Made by a program: the position numbers and the translations under genes
In this document: one piece after another, positions 12,930-25,540 of the stretch
Layout of the letters: each line of letters starts with the position of its first letter
Position numbering within the stretch: position 1 is the first letter of the stretch
Notes under the pieces: model-generated
What the model saw: only the letters and a program-made list of their open reading frames with translations
Database searches by the model: none
What the model was told of the DNA's origin: nothing
Assembly (NCBI RefSeq): GCF_037042905.1
Contig: NC_087252.1
Span: forward strand, 14,510,001 to 14,574,000
Length of the DNA stretch: 64,000 bases
Source of the DNA: Lytechinus pictus
Taxonomy: Eukaryota
Direction of reading: 5' to 3'

Positions 12930-14390
12930 GGACTTATATTATAATTTTTAAAACAACCGGGTCTGGAAAAAAGATTTTGGACTTATTTTATAATTTTTGA
13001 ATTAACCGGGTTTGGAAAAAAGATTCGTGACTTATATTATAATTTTTGAAACAACCAGGTCTGGAAAAAAGACTTTGGACTTTTATCATAATTTTTTTAA
13101 CAACCGGGTCAGGAAAAAAGACTTTGGACTTTTATCATATATAATTTTTGAAACAACCGGGTCTGGAAAAAAGACTTTGGACTTATATTATAATTTTTTA
13201 AACAACCGGGTCTGGAAAAAAGACTTTGGACTTATATTATAATTTTTGAAACAACCGGGCCTGGAAAAAAGACTTTGGACTTATATTATAATTTTTGAAA
13301 TAACCGGGTCTGGAAAAAAGACTTTGGACTTATATTATAATTTTTTAAACAACCGGGTCTGGAAAAAAAGACTTTGGAATTATTTTATAAGTTTTGAAAC
13401 AACCCGGTCTGGAAAAAAGACTTTGGACTTATATTATCATTTTTGAAATGACCAGGTATGGAAAATAGACTTTGGACTTATATTGTAATTTTTTAAACAA
13501 CCGGGTCTGGAAAAAAGACTTTGGACTTATATTATAATTTTTGAAACAACCGGGTCTGGAAAAAAGACTTTGAACTTATATTATAATTTTTTTAACAACC
13601 GGGTCTGGAAAAAAAGACTTTGGACTTATATTATAATTTTTGAAATAACCGGGTCTGGAAAAAAGACTTTGGACTTATATTATAATTTTTTATACAACCG
13701 GGTCTGGAAAAAAAGACTTTGGAATTATATTATAAGTTTTGAAACAACCGGGTCTGGAAAAAAGACTTTGGACTTATATTATAATTTTTGAAATGACCAG
13801 GTATGGAAAAAAGACTTTGGACTTATATTATAATTTTTGAAATGACCAGGTATGGAAAAAAGACTTTGGACTTTTATCATAATTTTTTAAACAACCGGGT
13901 CAGGAAAATAGACTTTGGACTTTTATCATAATTTTTTAAACAACCGGGTCTGGAAAAAAGACTTTGGACTTATATTATAATTTTTGAAACAACCAGGTCT
14001 GGAAAAAAGACTTTGGACTTATATTATAATTTTTGAAAAAACCGGGTCTGGAAAAAAAGACTTTGGACTTCTATTATAATTTTTGAAACAACCTGGTCTG
14101 GAAAAAAGACTTGAGACTTTTATCATAATTTTTTAAACAACCGGGTCTGGAAAAAAGACTTTGAACTTATATTATAATTTTTGAAACAACCGGGTCTGGA
14201 AAAAAGATTTTGGACTTATATTATAATTTTTGAAATAACCGGGTCTGGAAAAAAGACTTTGGACTTATATTATAATTTTTTAAACAACCGGGTCTGGAAA
14301 AAAAGACTTTGGAATTATATTATAAGTTTTGAAACAACCGGGTCAGGAAAAAAGACTTTGGACTTATATTATCATTTTTTAAATGACCAG
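12930..14390 (+). repeat. 49-bp satellite array, right arm of element A, part 1 (~30 units)
   Basis: Tandem CCGGGTCTGGAAAAAAGACTTTGGACTTATATTATAATTTTTGAAACAA. Confidence 0.95.
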
Positions 14391-17300
14391 GGGGGCGTTT
14401 CATCAAACAATTAGTCGGTGGTTTTCTCCGACTAATTGTGATTTTCACCGACTAATTTCATTTTCACCGACAATTTTGCCATCACCGACTAAATTCCATT
14501 TCATGAAAATTTGTCGGTGATTTTCTCCAACAAATTATTGGAAACCACCGACTAATTTTGTCGGTGGCCTTCACCTACCGACAAAACTTATTTTCACCGA
14601 CTAATCAGCCTTTTATGGACTTTAGCAGCTAAAATCGATAAATTTCAGTTGATTTTGAGTATAACATTTTAATAAATTGCTTATTTTTCATTTCATTAAG
14701 AAAATTCAAAGAAAATGTATTTATTTTTAGTCAATGACAAATAAAAAGTAGACATTTCAAGCATCATATTTTTTTCTTTTAAAACTATATTTTCATAAAT
14801 TAATCGATACAATTTGATAGGAAACACCTTCAAATGTACACATTTTTTCAAACATTCATGTTATTTTCTTCAACCCGAATAAATCATTGTGCATTTTTTA
14901 ATCAATAATGTCTGAAGACTGTGACCTCATTGACTTTTGTACAAGTTTTTCAATATTCATTAGTGTTGTTGGTGTTGCTGCTGCTGTTGTCATCGTGGTT
15001 GCTGATATTTCTGTTGTTTTTGCTGCTGCTCTTGTTGTTGTGGGTGTGGTTGTTGCATCTCTTACTGCAGTTGTGGTTTGGGCTGCTGATGATGTTGTTG
15101 CTCCTGCTGCTGTTCATGTTTATTGAAGTAACTGAAATGGAATTGATTTAAAGAGCATGTGATATTTTACTAATAAACATATTAATTTACATCATTATTT
15201 ATATCAAAGTCATTAATTCCTAATTTAATTGTCATTGTTAAAACTTACATTTTTTTTAATGTTTCAAATAATAACTTTAAATTCTAAATGGTTATCGTCA
15301 CCAAAGCCTTATTAAACAACGAAAACAAAAAAGTTAAACAAAGAGATGCATAAGAAAATGATTAAAATGTACATGTATACACAATTGATTTTAATGACTT
15401 GGGTTTTTCTCATTGGTTTACCAAAGAAAGGGAGTCAAAATCCAAAACTATCACATTTGGTCTTTATTTCTTGATTTAAAGCAAAATGCTGATTTCATGC
15501 AAGAGTCATGTTATAAATAAAAAACCAACATCAGGAGCAGCAGCATACCTGCTGATTTCTGAAGTGAGTGCACAATCAACAGGCAAGATCCTGGGGCTCG
15601 CCCCCCCCCCCCCCCCCCATACCAAGATCATTTGAATTAGTGAGGTTTAATGACTGCTTCTGTAGTCATTACATTTATCTGATTTATACAGGCCTACAAG
15701 AGATATAAAAGAAATTGTGTTCTTTTTGGGGTAATCTTCCGGTGTTCCTCCCTGACAAAGCAGATGGTGATGGTGTGTGTGTGTGTGTGGGGGGGGGTCT
15801 AATATGAATGCAGAACAATGTAACATTCATTTACTACTTTGGCAATAGAAAGCAAGTCACACCATCAAGCATTGATTGATATTGGTTGTTTTACAACTGT
15901 CCAATAAATATCACCATTAATAATTTAAGCATCTAAGCACTTATAGATGTCATTGTTTTCAAATATTGACTGGTAGAAGACCAAATAAAGAAGAGAACAG
16001 TACCGGTAATTTAATTTTCTTTTAATGTGACTTTACTTTCTTTGCCAAAATGAGGCAGTAATAATTAAGAGTGTTTTAACCTTACAAGTGACATCACATT
16101 TCATGCCTTCTTGTCTGGCTCTCCTAAACCTTCAACCATTTATACTTGGGTAACTTTGCATCTCATGTCTGTCTGAAAAGTTTGGGTGAAGCCTCCACCT
16201 GAAGGAAAAATAGCATTGAAATAACTAATTAAAATATTTGCCATAATCTTGTATTTCTTCTCACATGTATATGTACATGTCTAAAACAGGAAATGAAACA
16301 TCTTTTGATAACCATACAGGTTTCATATAGAAGGGGGTAAATAAAGGGTTCAAGTTTTCATTATGTTAATTAAAAATACAAACAATAATAAATGACATGC
16401 TCTGGCTGAGAAACTTAAATAGAGAAATTATTCCTCACAATGTTGCTTGTATGTACATACACATGAGAAAGTAGTGATAAATGGATTGAGGGGTGAGAGC
16501 AGGGGCTGCGGAAACGGGGGGGGGGGTGCATGTTAGCTGCAGGGTCAGCAGAACAGTTTCTAAAGTGAGCGAGCCGACCATGCAAAACATCATAACCAAA
16601 TGGTCATTCTACATTTTTCAGCCCCCACATTGTTTTCCAAAACCATGTACAAAAATTCAAAATTGACCATCTGCTAATGATTTTTTGCATGGTCAGTCCC
16701 CCCCCCCCCACTTTCGGCTAAGCCCCCTCACTTTCAAAACCGTTCCGCTGACCCTGCAGCTAACATGCAAAACATATTGATTCTTTGATATGTCTTTCAT
16801 GTTTATGTAATGTTTGCATTACAAACTGACTTTAAATAGAAAATCTGATCAAAGTCTGATTTCATTGTCATTGATGTGGGTTTTAATGATTTAACATTCT
16901 GCAACCCAAAAAATATCCTTCATTATTTTGTAATCATTATCGCATTTTACTAGTCTACATGTTACCTGTAGTTGCATTTCAATCTCAGTATTTCTTCACC
17001 CACTGCCAAATCTTCTGCCACATGTTCATCAGATTGGCCGCTGGCACATTCCTTGCTGTAGTAGACCAGTCAGAGCCTAGCTTTCTAGTTCCAGACCCGT
17101 CTCCTTCTGCATATTGTTAAAATGTCCATAGTCTGAAATTAAAATATTAATAATATCACATTGATATACATGTAGCAAAGAAATTACTAGTATGTAGATT
17201 TACACAGTGATCCATTGAAAAATACTGCACTTTCAATGAATATTGTTGACATTTCATAAAGGGGAATGATCAAATATACCAATCATTTTTCATCTTTTAT

Positions 17301-19152
17301 TATCCTGAAATTTATAGAATTTACCAAAAAACGGTCAACAATTTATCCTTTTTAATTCATATACTTTTCAATTGATTATAAACAAGACGGTCATTAACAC
17401 ATTAACCATACAAATAGTAAAACAGTTTTTTCAATATTTTTTAAAAATTCAAATATAAAAAGATTTTTTTTTCTAACCCAATAGCGCTTGGATACCTTGC
17501 CGGTTAAAAGCCAAGATAAAATTAATAAAAAAATATGAATAGGCTCCTAATTCATAACTGCAGCAAATTGCATCCCCATCAAACCGTCAACTATTTCTGG
17601 ACTGTGACCTTTGTTCAAAGGAACTTTAAAATGAGATTCAAGGCAGAAAAATACTTGGGATTGATGAGATCCATTACATATTCTCCTATATTTTTTTTCT
17701 AATGAAGAGACCTTTAACCTTTACATGCTATTTAAGGTTGGGTGTGACTGGACTCTTTATGTGGTACGACTTTATGTGGTACGACAATATTTTTCAAAAA
17801 ATAGATTAAGAGACATTATCAACAATAGTTTAATTTATTTACCCCAATAACACTGATGCTATTGCAGATTCAGTGTCAACATTTATAGGATGCTAAATAG
17901 TAATTTGTTTTAAAAAATGACTAACATAAATAAAAGCAAAACAAACTTCATAATCGCACACAAATGAGGAGCATTATATCGTCTCCCCCCAATTTGGACA
18001 ATCAATCTTTTTTAAAAGGGAGCTATGCAATGGCTCATTTCACGTGGGTGTGCAAAGTCAAAGAAAATTTAAGATAGATCTAGGTCTATAGGCTATACCA
18101 GTATGGCCACGCCCACGGGCCGGGTGCACCATTTAAAACTTGGATCTAATTTTTTTTAATAAGTCCTAGATTTCAATTCTTATTGGGTGTGAACGCACCT
18201 CTGCCACAATCGCATCACCCCCCCCCCCCCCTGAATCCTTGCCAGCTGTCAAGAGCCTTCACTTCATTCGACTTGTGACTTGCTAAGCCTATGCTATATG
18301 ATAAATAAGTTGAGAACATCCAATTTACCAAATTACCACTCAAGCTATTACCATGTGATTTAGCTCCTGTTCAATTCCAATATCTGTAACACAGAATTAG
18401 GATGGCCCCATTGGATATGTGTACATTAACAATTACACACGCTGGTTTGCCTGGTGATCAAGGATATCTCCGACGACACCGAGCAACAAAATCAATACAA
18501 AACCAAAGGAAATGAAAAATTATGATATGTAACATAGAATGACATAAAGGTAGAACAATATAAAGTATTCTCTTTGCAAAATTTATAAAATTGCAGCCAT
18601 GTGCGGATCATAAAAACGTGTATGGACAGCCGTGTCGTTAGTTTGGTCCTGAGATAGTTCTACAGACACAGAAACACGGGTATGGGACTAGACTGGATTA
18701 TGTGCTGTCAAGGCTATCGATCGTATCGACAGGGGTCCTGCCAGAAGATTCTCTTTTCTTGTAATTCATTTGATAATTACGCACAACGAATAATTCAATC
18801 ACCTTACATACAATATGAACGACATTTTGAAGGGTTTTACTTACGGTAAAATCCTCATTCACCTCTTCGGGGACCTTCGCTTCTACTTATTTCTTCGTTT
18901 CACTTCGAATCGTCGCGGCGAAAACATCAACCAATTTTACATCTTCTTCACAACTTTGGGAGTGGGCGTGGCCTAATTAGTCAGCGAACCTCGTTCAAGA
19001 CGATTTGTAAAATAAAAATTATCTGACAATAGTCAGAGGAGCTCCGTGAGTTTCATGAAACGCAATTTTTGTCAGCGCTGACTAAATTGTCAGCGCTGAC
19101 AATTTAGTCAGCGCTGACAGTTGTCGCGCGACAATATTGATGAAACACCCCC
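14391..19152 (-). mobile_element. PIF/Harbinger-like non-autonomous element (element B, copy 2, inverted)
   Basis: Reverse-complement homolog of 3917-9069. TIRs GGGGGCGTTTCATCAA / TTGATGAAACACCCCC; TSD CAG (14388-14390, 19153-19155) within the satellite variant AATGACCAGGTATGG. Confidence 0.85.
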
Positions 19153-21395
19153 CAGGTATGGAAAAAAGACTTTAGACTTATATTATAATTTTTTTAACAA
19201 CCGGGTCTGGAAAAAAGACTTTGGACTTATATTATAATTTTTTAAACAACCGGGTCTCGATAAAAGACTTTGAACTTATATTATAATTTTTTAAACAACC
19301 GGGTCTGGAAAAAAAGACTTTGGAATTATATTATAAGTTTTGAAACAACCGGGTCTGGAAAAAAGACTTTGGACTTATATTATAATTTTTCAAATGACCA
19401 GGTATGGAAAAAAGACTTTGGACTTATATTATAATTTTTTAAACAACCGGGTCTGGAAAAAAGACTTTGGACTTTTATCATAATTTTTTTAACAACCGGG
19501 TCAGGAAAATAGACTTTGGACTTTTATCATAATTTTTTAAACAACCGGGTCTGGAAAAAAGACTTTGGACTTTTATCATAATTTTTGAAACAACCGGGTC
19601 TGGAAAAAAGACTTTGGACTTATGTTATAATTTTTGAAACAACCGGGTCTGGAAAAAAAACTTTGGACTTATATTATAATTTTTTAAACAACCGGGTCTG
19701 GAAAAAAGACTTTGGACTTATATTATAATTTTTGAAACAACTGGGTCTGGAAAAAAAAGACTTTGGACTTATATTATAATTTTTGAAACAACCGGGTCTG
19801 GAAAAAAGACTTAGGACTTTTATTATAATTTTTTTAAGAACCGGGTCAGGGAAAAAGACTTTGGACTTTTATCATTTATAATTTTTGAAACAACCTGGTC
19901 TGGAAAAAAGACTTTGGACTTATATTATAATTTTTTAAACAACCGGTTCTGGAAAAAAGACTTTGGACTTATATTATAATTTTTGAAACAACCGGGTCTG
20001 GAAAAAAGACTTTGAACTTATATTATAATTTTTGAAACAACCGGGTCTGGAAAAAAGACTTTGGACTTATATTATAATTTTTGAAATAACCGGGTCTGGA
20101 AAAAATCCTTTGGACTTATATTATAATTTTTGAAACAACCGGGTCAGAAAAATAGACTTTGGACTTTTATCATAATTTTTTAAACAACCGGGTCTGGAAA
20201 AAAGACTTTGGACTTTTATCATAATTTTTGAAACAACCGGGTCTGGAAAAAAGACTTTGGACTTATATTATAATTTTTGAAACAACCGGGTCTGGAAAAA
20301 AAACTTTGGACTTATATCATAATTTTTTAAACAACCGGGTCTGGAAAAAAGACTTTGGACTTATATTATAATTTTTGAAACAACTGGGTCTGGAAAAAAA
20401 AGACTTTGGACTTATATTATAATTTTTGAAACAACCGGGTCTGGAAAAAAGACTTTGGACTTTTATTATAATTTTTTAAAGAACCGGGTCAGGGAAAAAG
20501 ACTTTGGACTTTTATCATTTATAATTTTTGAAACAACCTTGTCTGGAAAAAAGACTTTGGACTTATATTATAATTTTTTAAACAACCGGTTCTGGAAAAA
20601 AGACTTTGGACTTATATTATAATTTTTGAAACAACCGGGTCTGGAAAAAAGACTTTGAACTTATATTATAATTTTTGAAACAACCGGGTCTGGAAAAAAG
20701 ACTTTGGACTTATATTATGTTTTTTGAAATAACCGGGTCTGGAAAAAAGACTTTGGACTTATATTATAATTTTTGAAACAACCGGGTCTGGAAAAAAGAC
20801 TTTGAACTTATATTATAATTTTTGAAACAACCGGGTCTGGAAAAAAGACTTTGGACTTATATTATAATTTTTGAAATAACCGGGTCTGGAAAAAAGACTT
20901 TGGACTTATATTATAATTTTTGAAACAACCGGGTCTGGAAAAAAGACTTTGGACTTATATTATAATTTTTGAAACAACCAGGTCTTGAAAAAAGACTTTG
21001 AACTTATATTATAATTTTTGAAACAACCGGGTCTGGAAAAAAGACTTTAGACTTATATTATAATTTTTTAAATAACCGGGTCTGGAAAAAAGACTTTGGA
21101 CTTATATTATAATTTTTTAAACAACCGGGTCTGGAAAAAAGACTTTGGAAGTATATCATAATTTTGGAAACAACCGGGTCTGGAAAAAAAGACTTTGGAC
21201 TTATATTATAAGTTTTGAAACAACCGGGTCTGGAAAAAAGACTTTGGACTTACATTATAATTTTTTAATTAACCGGGTCTGGAAAAAATCCTTTGGACTT
21301 ATATTATAATTTTTGAAATAACCAGGTCTGGAAAAAAAGACTTTGGACTAACATTATAATTGTTTAATTAACCGGGTCTGGAAAAAAGACTTTGC
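19153..21395 (+). repeat. 49-bp satellite array, right arm of element A, part 2 (~45 units)
   Basis: Unit starts at 20831, 20880 and 20929 give a 49-bp period. Confidence 0.95.
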
Positions 21396-22827
21396 ACTTT
21401 TGTGCTATATCATGGACCTATTACAATAGGTCCATCGCTATATGAACGCATTACTACAGGATTTTAGTTTAGAACGGATTCGCCAAAAATCCCTTCAAAT
21501 TTATTACATTTGTGGGTAAAGTCATTATTACATTTGTGGGCGATCAAAAATTATTATTATTACATTACATTACATTTGTGGGTGAAATTTTTACATTTGT
21601 GGGTAAAGTGTTATTACATTTGTGGGCGTTATTACATTTGTGGGTGCAACAGCCCCTCCTGGCAGAGCTCACCGGGAAAATAAAAAAAAAAGGGAAAAAG
21701 AAAAAAAAGAGGGAAGAAGGGGAAAGGGAAAGGAAAGAAAAAAGGGGGAAAGGGGAAGGGGAAAGGGAAAGGGAAAAGAAAACTAAGAAAAAACATTAAA
21801 AAGGGAAAACAGAAAGATAACGGGAAAAGGAAAGAAAGAGGAACAAGTGAGAAAGAACAATTCTCCCCGATGTACAAATACATTAGCATGATTAGTAAGA
21901 CAGGGAAATAAATTAAAGATGACAAAGACGCAAACAAAAGCGGGAAATAAAGGCAGAATGGAATTAGCCAAAATCTAAAAAATTGGAAAATAAAGAATAG
22001 GGACAAGATAACAAACACTATATACCGGGCTGCCGAGGATTGAGATAACGAGCGGGAAGAAAAATGGATGGTATATAGCATAATGTCATATGAGAGTCTA
22101 TCATAAACTTGCTAAATCTCTAAAGGCTCTGTCCAAGAGTCAAGACCCCGTGCAGTGGGGGCTCTTCATCTGTAACCTTTATTCGGTTCTATAACGGGCC
22201 CATATATGGACCCTTCCTGCATTGAGCTTTACGTTGAAGCACTGGCGTACCGGGGGGTGGTTCCACAGCCAAGGGGAAATAAAAGAAAATAAAGGAGGCA
22301 GCGAAATGAGATGAATGAAAAAAATATATGACATGATATTTGCTATATAATGATGTAAAAAGCTATCACATAATAAGAATTTCATTTTAACAGGCCATTT
22401 TTTTTCTGGCTCGCTTCGCTCGCTGGCGACTTTTTAAAAATTTTCCCATATTTGCTATGGTGTGCCCCTCACAATATTTGGATGATTACAATACACAACT
22501 GCATTGAATTTATGTTTTGTGTGAAAGCTATATAAATATATACGCAATTTGATTAAAATAAGTGGCCATCTGTAAGGTTTAAAATGGCTTTGATATCAAG
22601 AGGTTCCGGGGCTCTGCCCAGGACCCCACCCATAAAGCACTGTTATATGATGAGTTTGGCCCATGGCCCCTAAAAGTTCTACAACCAATTAAAAAAAAAT
22701 TAGGAAAGAAAGGAAAGTGTATTATATTTTTCTGAATATCACGTTAAAATCTATCTTCATGTTAGATTCTCATGAAAAGGTGATTTTTTTTATCTCGCTC
22801 GCTTCGCTCGCTCGGGACCTATATTAA

Positions 22828-23422
22828 AGGGGAATCCAGCCTTGGCCATAAAATGTTGTGTTGGGAAGGAGAAAAATAAATTAAACAGAATGGTGAAAGT
22901 TTGAAAGAAATCGGACAAGCAATAAGAATGTTATAGCTGTTTTAAAATTGAGATCACTAATACTATGAAGATTTCAAATTGGCAACTGGGTTAGTAAATT
23001 ATGACAAGGGGCAAGGACAACTTTCCTATAGGCCATGTACTTTATTATCAGGGATTTGTGGTTTTCTCCTAAGTACCCATTCCCCTGGGGCAGTAATCTA
23101 AATTTAACCCAAGTAGTATATTGTTTTATGTCCTAATGAAAGAAAAATATAATTTGAAATAAAACTTTTGGGAAAAATGAAATTTTAGCCATAATATGTA
23201 TTGGAGTACATGGAAGAGTAGTCCTTGCCTTACATCACTATGACATCCCTTATGTGGCCAATTTGAAGTCTCCATTGGTATAGTGATTACCAATATTCAC
23301 AACTTCTAAAAATTCTTAACTTTCTTGTTGTTTGTCCAATATTGTTCAAACTTTCAGCTATCAACTTGTCTGATTTTTCTTTTCCTTATAAAAACAAGTT
23401 TTTATTTGGGTTGGATTCCCCT
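22828..23422. mobile_element. Kolobok-like non-autonomous DNA transposon
   Basis: TTAA|AGGGGAATCCAGCC ... GGTTGGATTCCCCT|TTAA: TTAA TSD with AGG/CCT termini. Confidence 0.75.
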
Positions 23423-23799
23423 TTAAGCTTCTTCTTGCCACAAGCGCCATACTCGGCCCCCTCGAGCATATAGAGCTTCGCGCTGATGCTCACAATCATA
23501 ACAAAAATCCTGTTCACCGTGGCGTACAAAAAAAGAGAGAAAAAAGGAAAGGGAGGAGGGTGAAATATGATATCATCTTTTAACATTATGTCAAAATCTA
23601 TCACAAAATTGGATTTTTGCAATAAAAATGTCAAATTTTTTTGCTCGCTCGCATATATATATATTTGCCCAATTTGCCCGATACGCCATATCGCCCCCTC
23701 AAATCTTTTGCCTTATGACGCCATTGCCTGTTCCATGATATGACCGGGAAATTTTTGGCTCTTGCCCCCCCTGGCCACCGACCCCTGTTACGCCGCTGG

Positions 23800-24060
23800 C
23801 AGAGAACCCAGCTTTCATTGACCTTTTCTCTCTCTCACCCAACTGCCCACTATGAGACATCATTTCACTATGCCACATCATCTCAAACTCCAGTCGCTTT
23901 CTTTTCATTACCCTCTCATGCTCATCAGCAGCTCTCATCCTATCTCTTCTTTCTTCTAGTTCAATCCGGACCAGTGCAAGCCGTACCACATCACTGTCAA
24001 GTTTAGTTCTGTCATCACATTTATTATCAGAATCACCACTCACACTTTCAGGTATCAATT
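23800..24060 (-). pseudogene. Possible remnant of an LTR-retrotransposon gag N-terminal coiled coil
   Basis: The ORF segment LALVRIELEERRDRMRAADEHERVMKRKRLEFEM resembles charged coiled coils of Gypsy gag; no other domains nearby. Confidence 0.3.
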
Positions 24061-24689
24061 CCGCGCGGGCCGCAATAGTATACAAATATACAATGACACT
24101 CGAGGATCTGGCTAAAACTATTCGCATCGAAGGAACATCATATAGTATTATTCTCCCGAGGGCCATCGTACTATGTGATGTTCCTGAGTGCAAATAGTTT
24201 AAGCCAGTTCCGAGAATGGGTCATTGTATATTTGTTTTATATCCCTTCCACTCATATATATTCTTCATACGATATTCTTCGTTGATACCCGACTTTTACA
24301 GCAAAACGATTTTTAATAAGTCGATGATGGAACAATCGTTGAGAAGTTGAGAAAACAATAAGCCTTGCCGTATTGATCGTCTGTTCAGCGAGCGCACCTG
24401 GTTAGTGCAGCTCGCCGAAAGTTTCCCATGGCATGCAGTAGAGAGTACCGTTGGGCTGAGCAGCGCTCTGCTCGCATCGCGCCGCACAGCTCGCGAATCG
24501 AGTAGGGGGCGGGGTAAAAAAACGTATAGTTCACTTTTTCCCTAGGGAAAAAATGGACTATGCGTGACGTCAGCAAGGAAAATGAACTATTTCATGGCAA
24601 ACGTTTTTCGTAGTAAAACTATTCCTTTTCTCCTTGTGTACACTCTCAATACAACAATCTTAAGTAAGGGATATATACAAACCCGAAAG

Positions 24690-25540
24690 ATCTAGCAACA
24701 TTTTCTGTCCAAGCGCTATCAGATCACCTTTACGCAGTTGACGCAAGCGAACGAGTGTAAGGTCTGCCTCCAAAAACGTAATTGTTTGATCAACTTGTTT
24801 TACTCCTCGATGAGTCAGAAATATGAAGTTTTGATGTGATTAGAGATCTAGAAGTCTTTCACATGAAATTGTGCAAGCAGATTTTCAAAGTTCATAAATC
24901 GACAGTAAACCGCATGGTTTAGGTGAACTTGAAAGATTCATATTGGAGAAATATATTGAAAATAGAATGATAAACTTCTGATATGGATTAGTTCACAATA
25001 GTAAAGCAAAAATGTCTGGTATGATTTACGAGATTGTAAAGATATTTTCTGATCAAGGTATATATCACCCAAGTTTGTTAACGGAGATAAGGCTAAGTCT
25101 TGATAGATTGGCATGACAAATTTATATGGCATTTCTGATTCCTCAAGAGGATATTGGGTAAAAAAAGCTGTAGATCTACGAATAAAGGATTCACAGTTAT
25201 TGCTTTACGTTCATAAACGAAAACTCCCAGTTTGTTAACTACAGAATATTCAAAGAAAATCTTCGTTACCTCATCAATCGACTTCCTATTGTCTCAGGAA
25301 GATATGAAAACCGTCATGGAAACATGACGTTTTGTACATGCAACCTTCAATAAATTGGTGATGCATTCCACTATCTATCCATTTGTCCTTCTTTTCTGAA
25401 ATTAAGAAAGTTTCATCTTAAAGAATATTACACTGAGAGACCAAATACAATCATAAATAATCAGGTATTTAAATGTGAAAAACAAGAAATCTGATCCAGC
25501 CTAAAAACAAATCGCAAGAACGTTATGCTTCTTTCATTTA
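24690..25540 (+). mobile_element. Degraded non-LTR retrotransposon 3' part (RTE-X-like)
   Basis: Broken frames give LFDQLV..., DLEVFHMKLCKQIFKVHKSTVNRMV-GEL, RLPIVSGRYEN and IGDAFHYLSICP, typical post-RT and C-terminal motifs. Confidence 0.6.

Larger units (their letters stand above)
3712..21651. mobile_element. Large foldback-type DNA element (element A, copy 1) with modular long inverted arms
   Basis: Left end TGTTACACCCACAAATGTAATAA, right end TTATTACATTTGTGGGTGCAACA. Each arm has tandem CCCACAAATGTAATAA motifs, a unique segment and a 49-bp satellite; orientation flips near 11400-11550. No ORF and no matching TSD seen. Confidence 0.85.

Noticed and set aside
13012..14414. Repetitive ORFs (KKTLDLYYNF...)
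   Set aside because: Translations of the 49-bp satellite.
21512..22081. Lys/Glu- and Phe/Pro-rich ORFs (similar at 33542-33924, 36259-36726, 59303-59578)
   Set aside because: Purine-rich low-complexity DNA.
24490..24580. GC box plus CRE (TGACGTCA) promoter
   Set aside because: Lies in a repeat-like segment between TE remnants with no linked gene evident.
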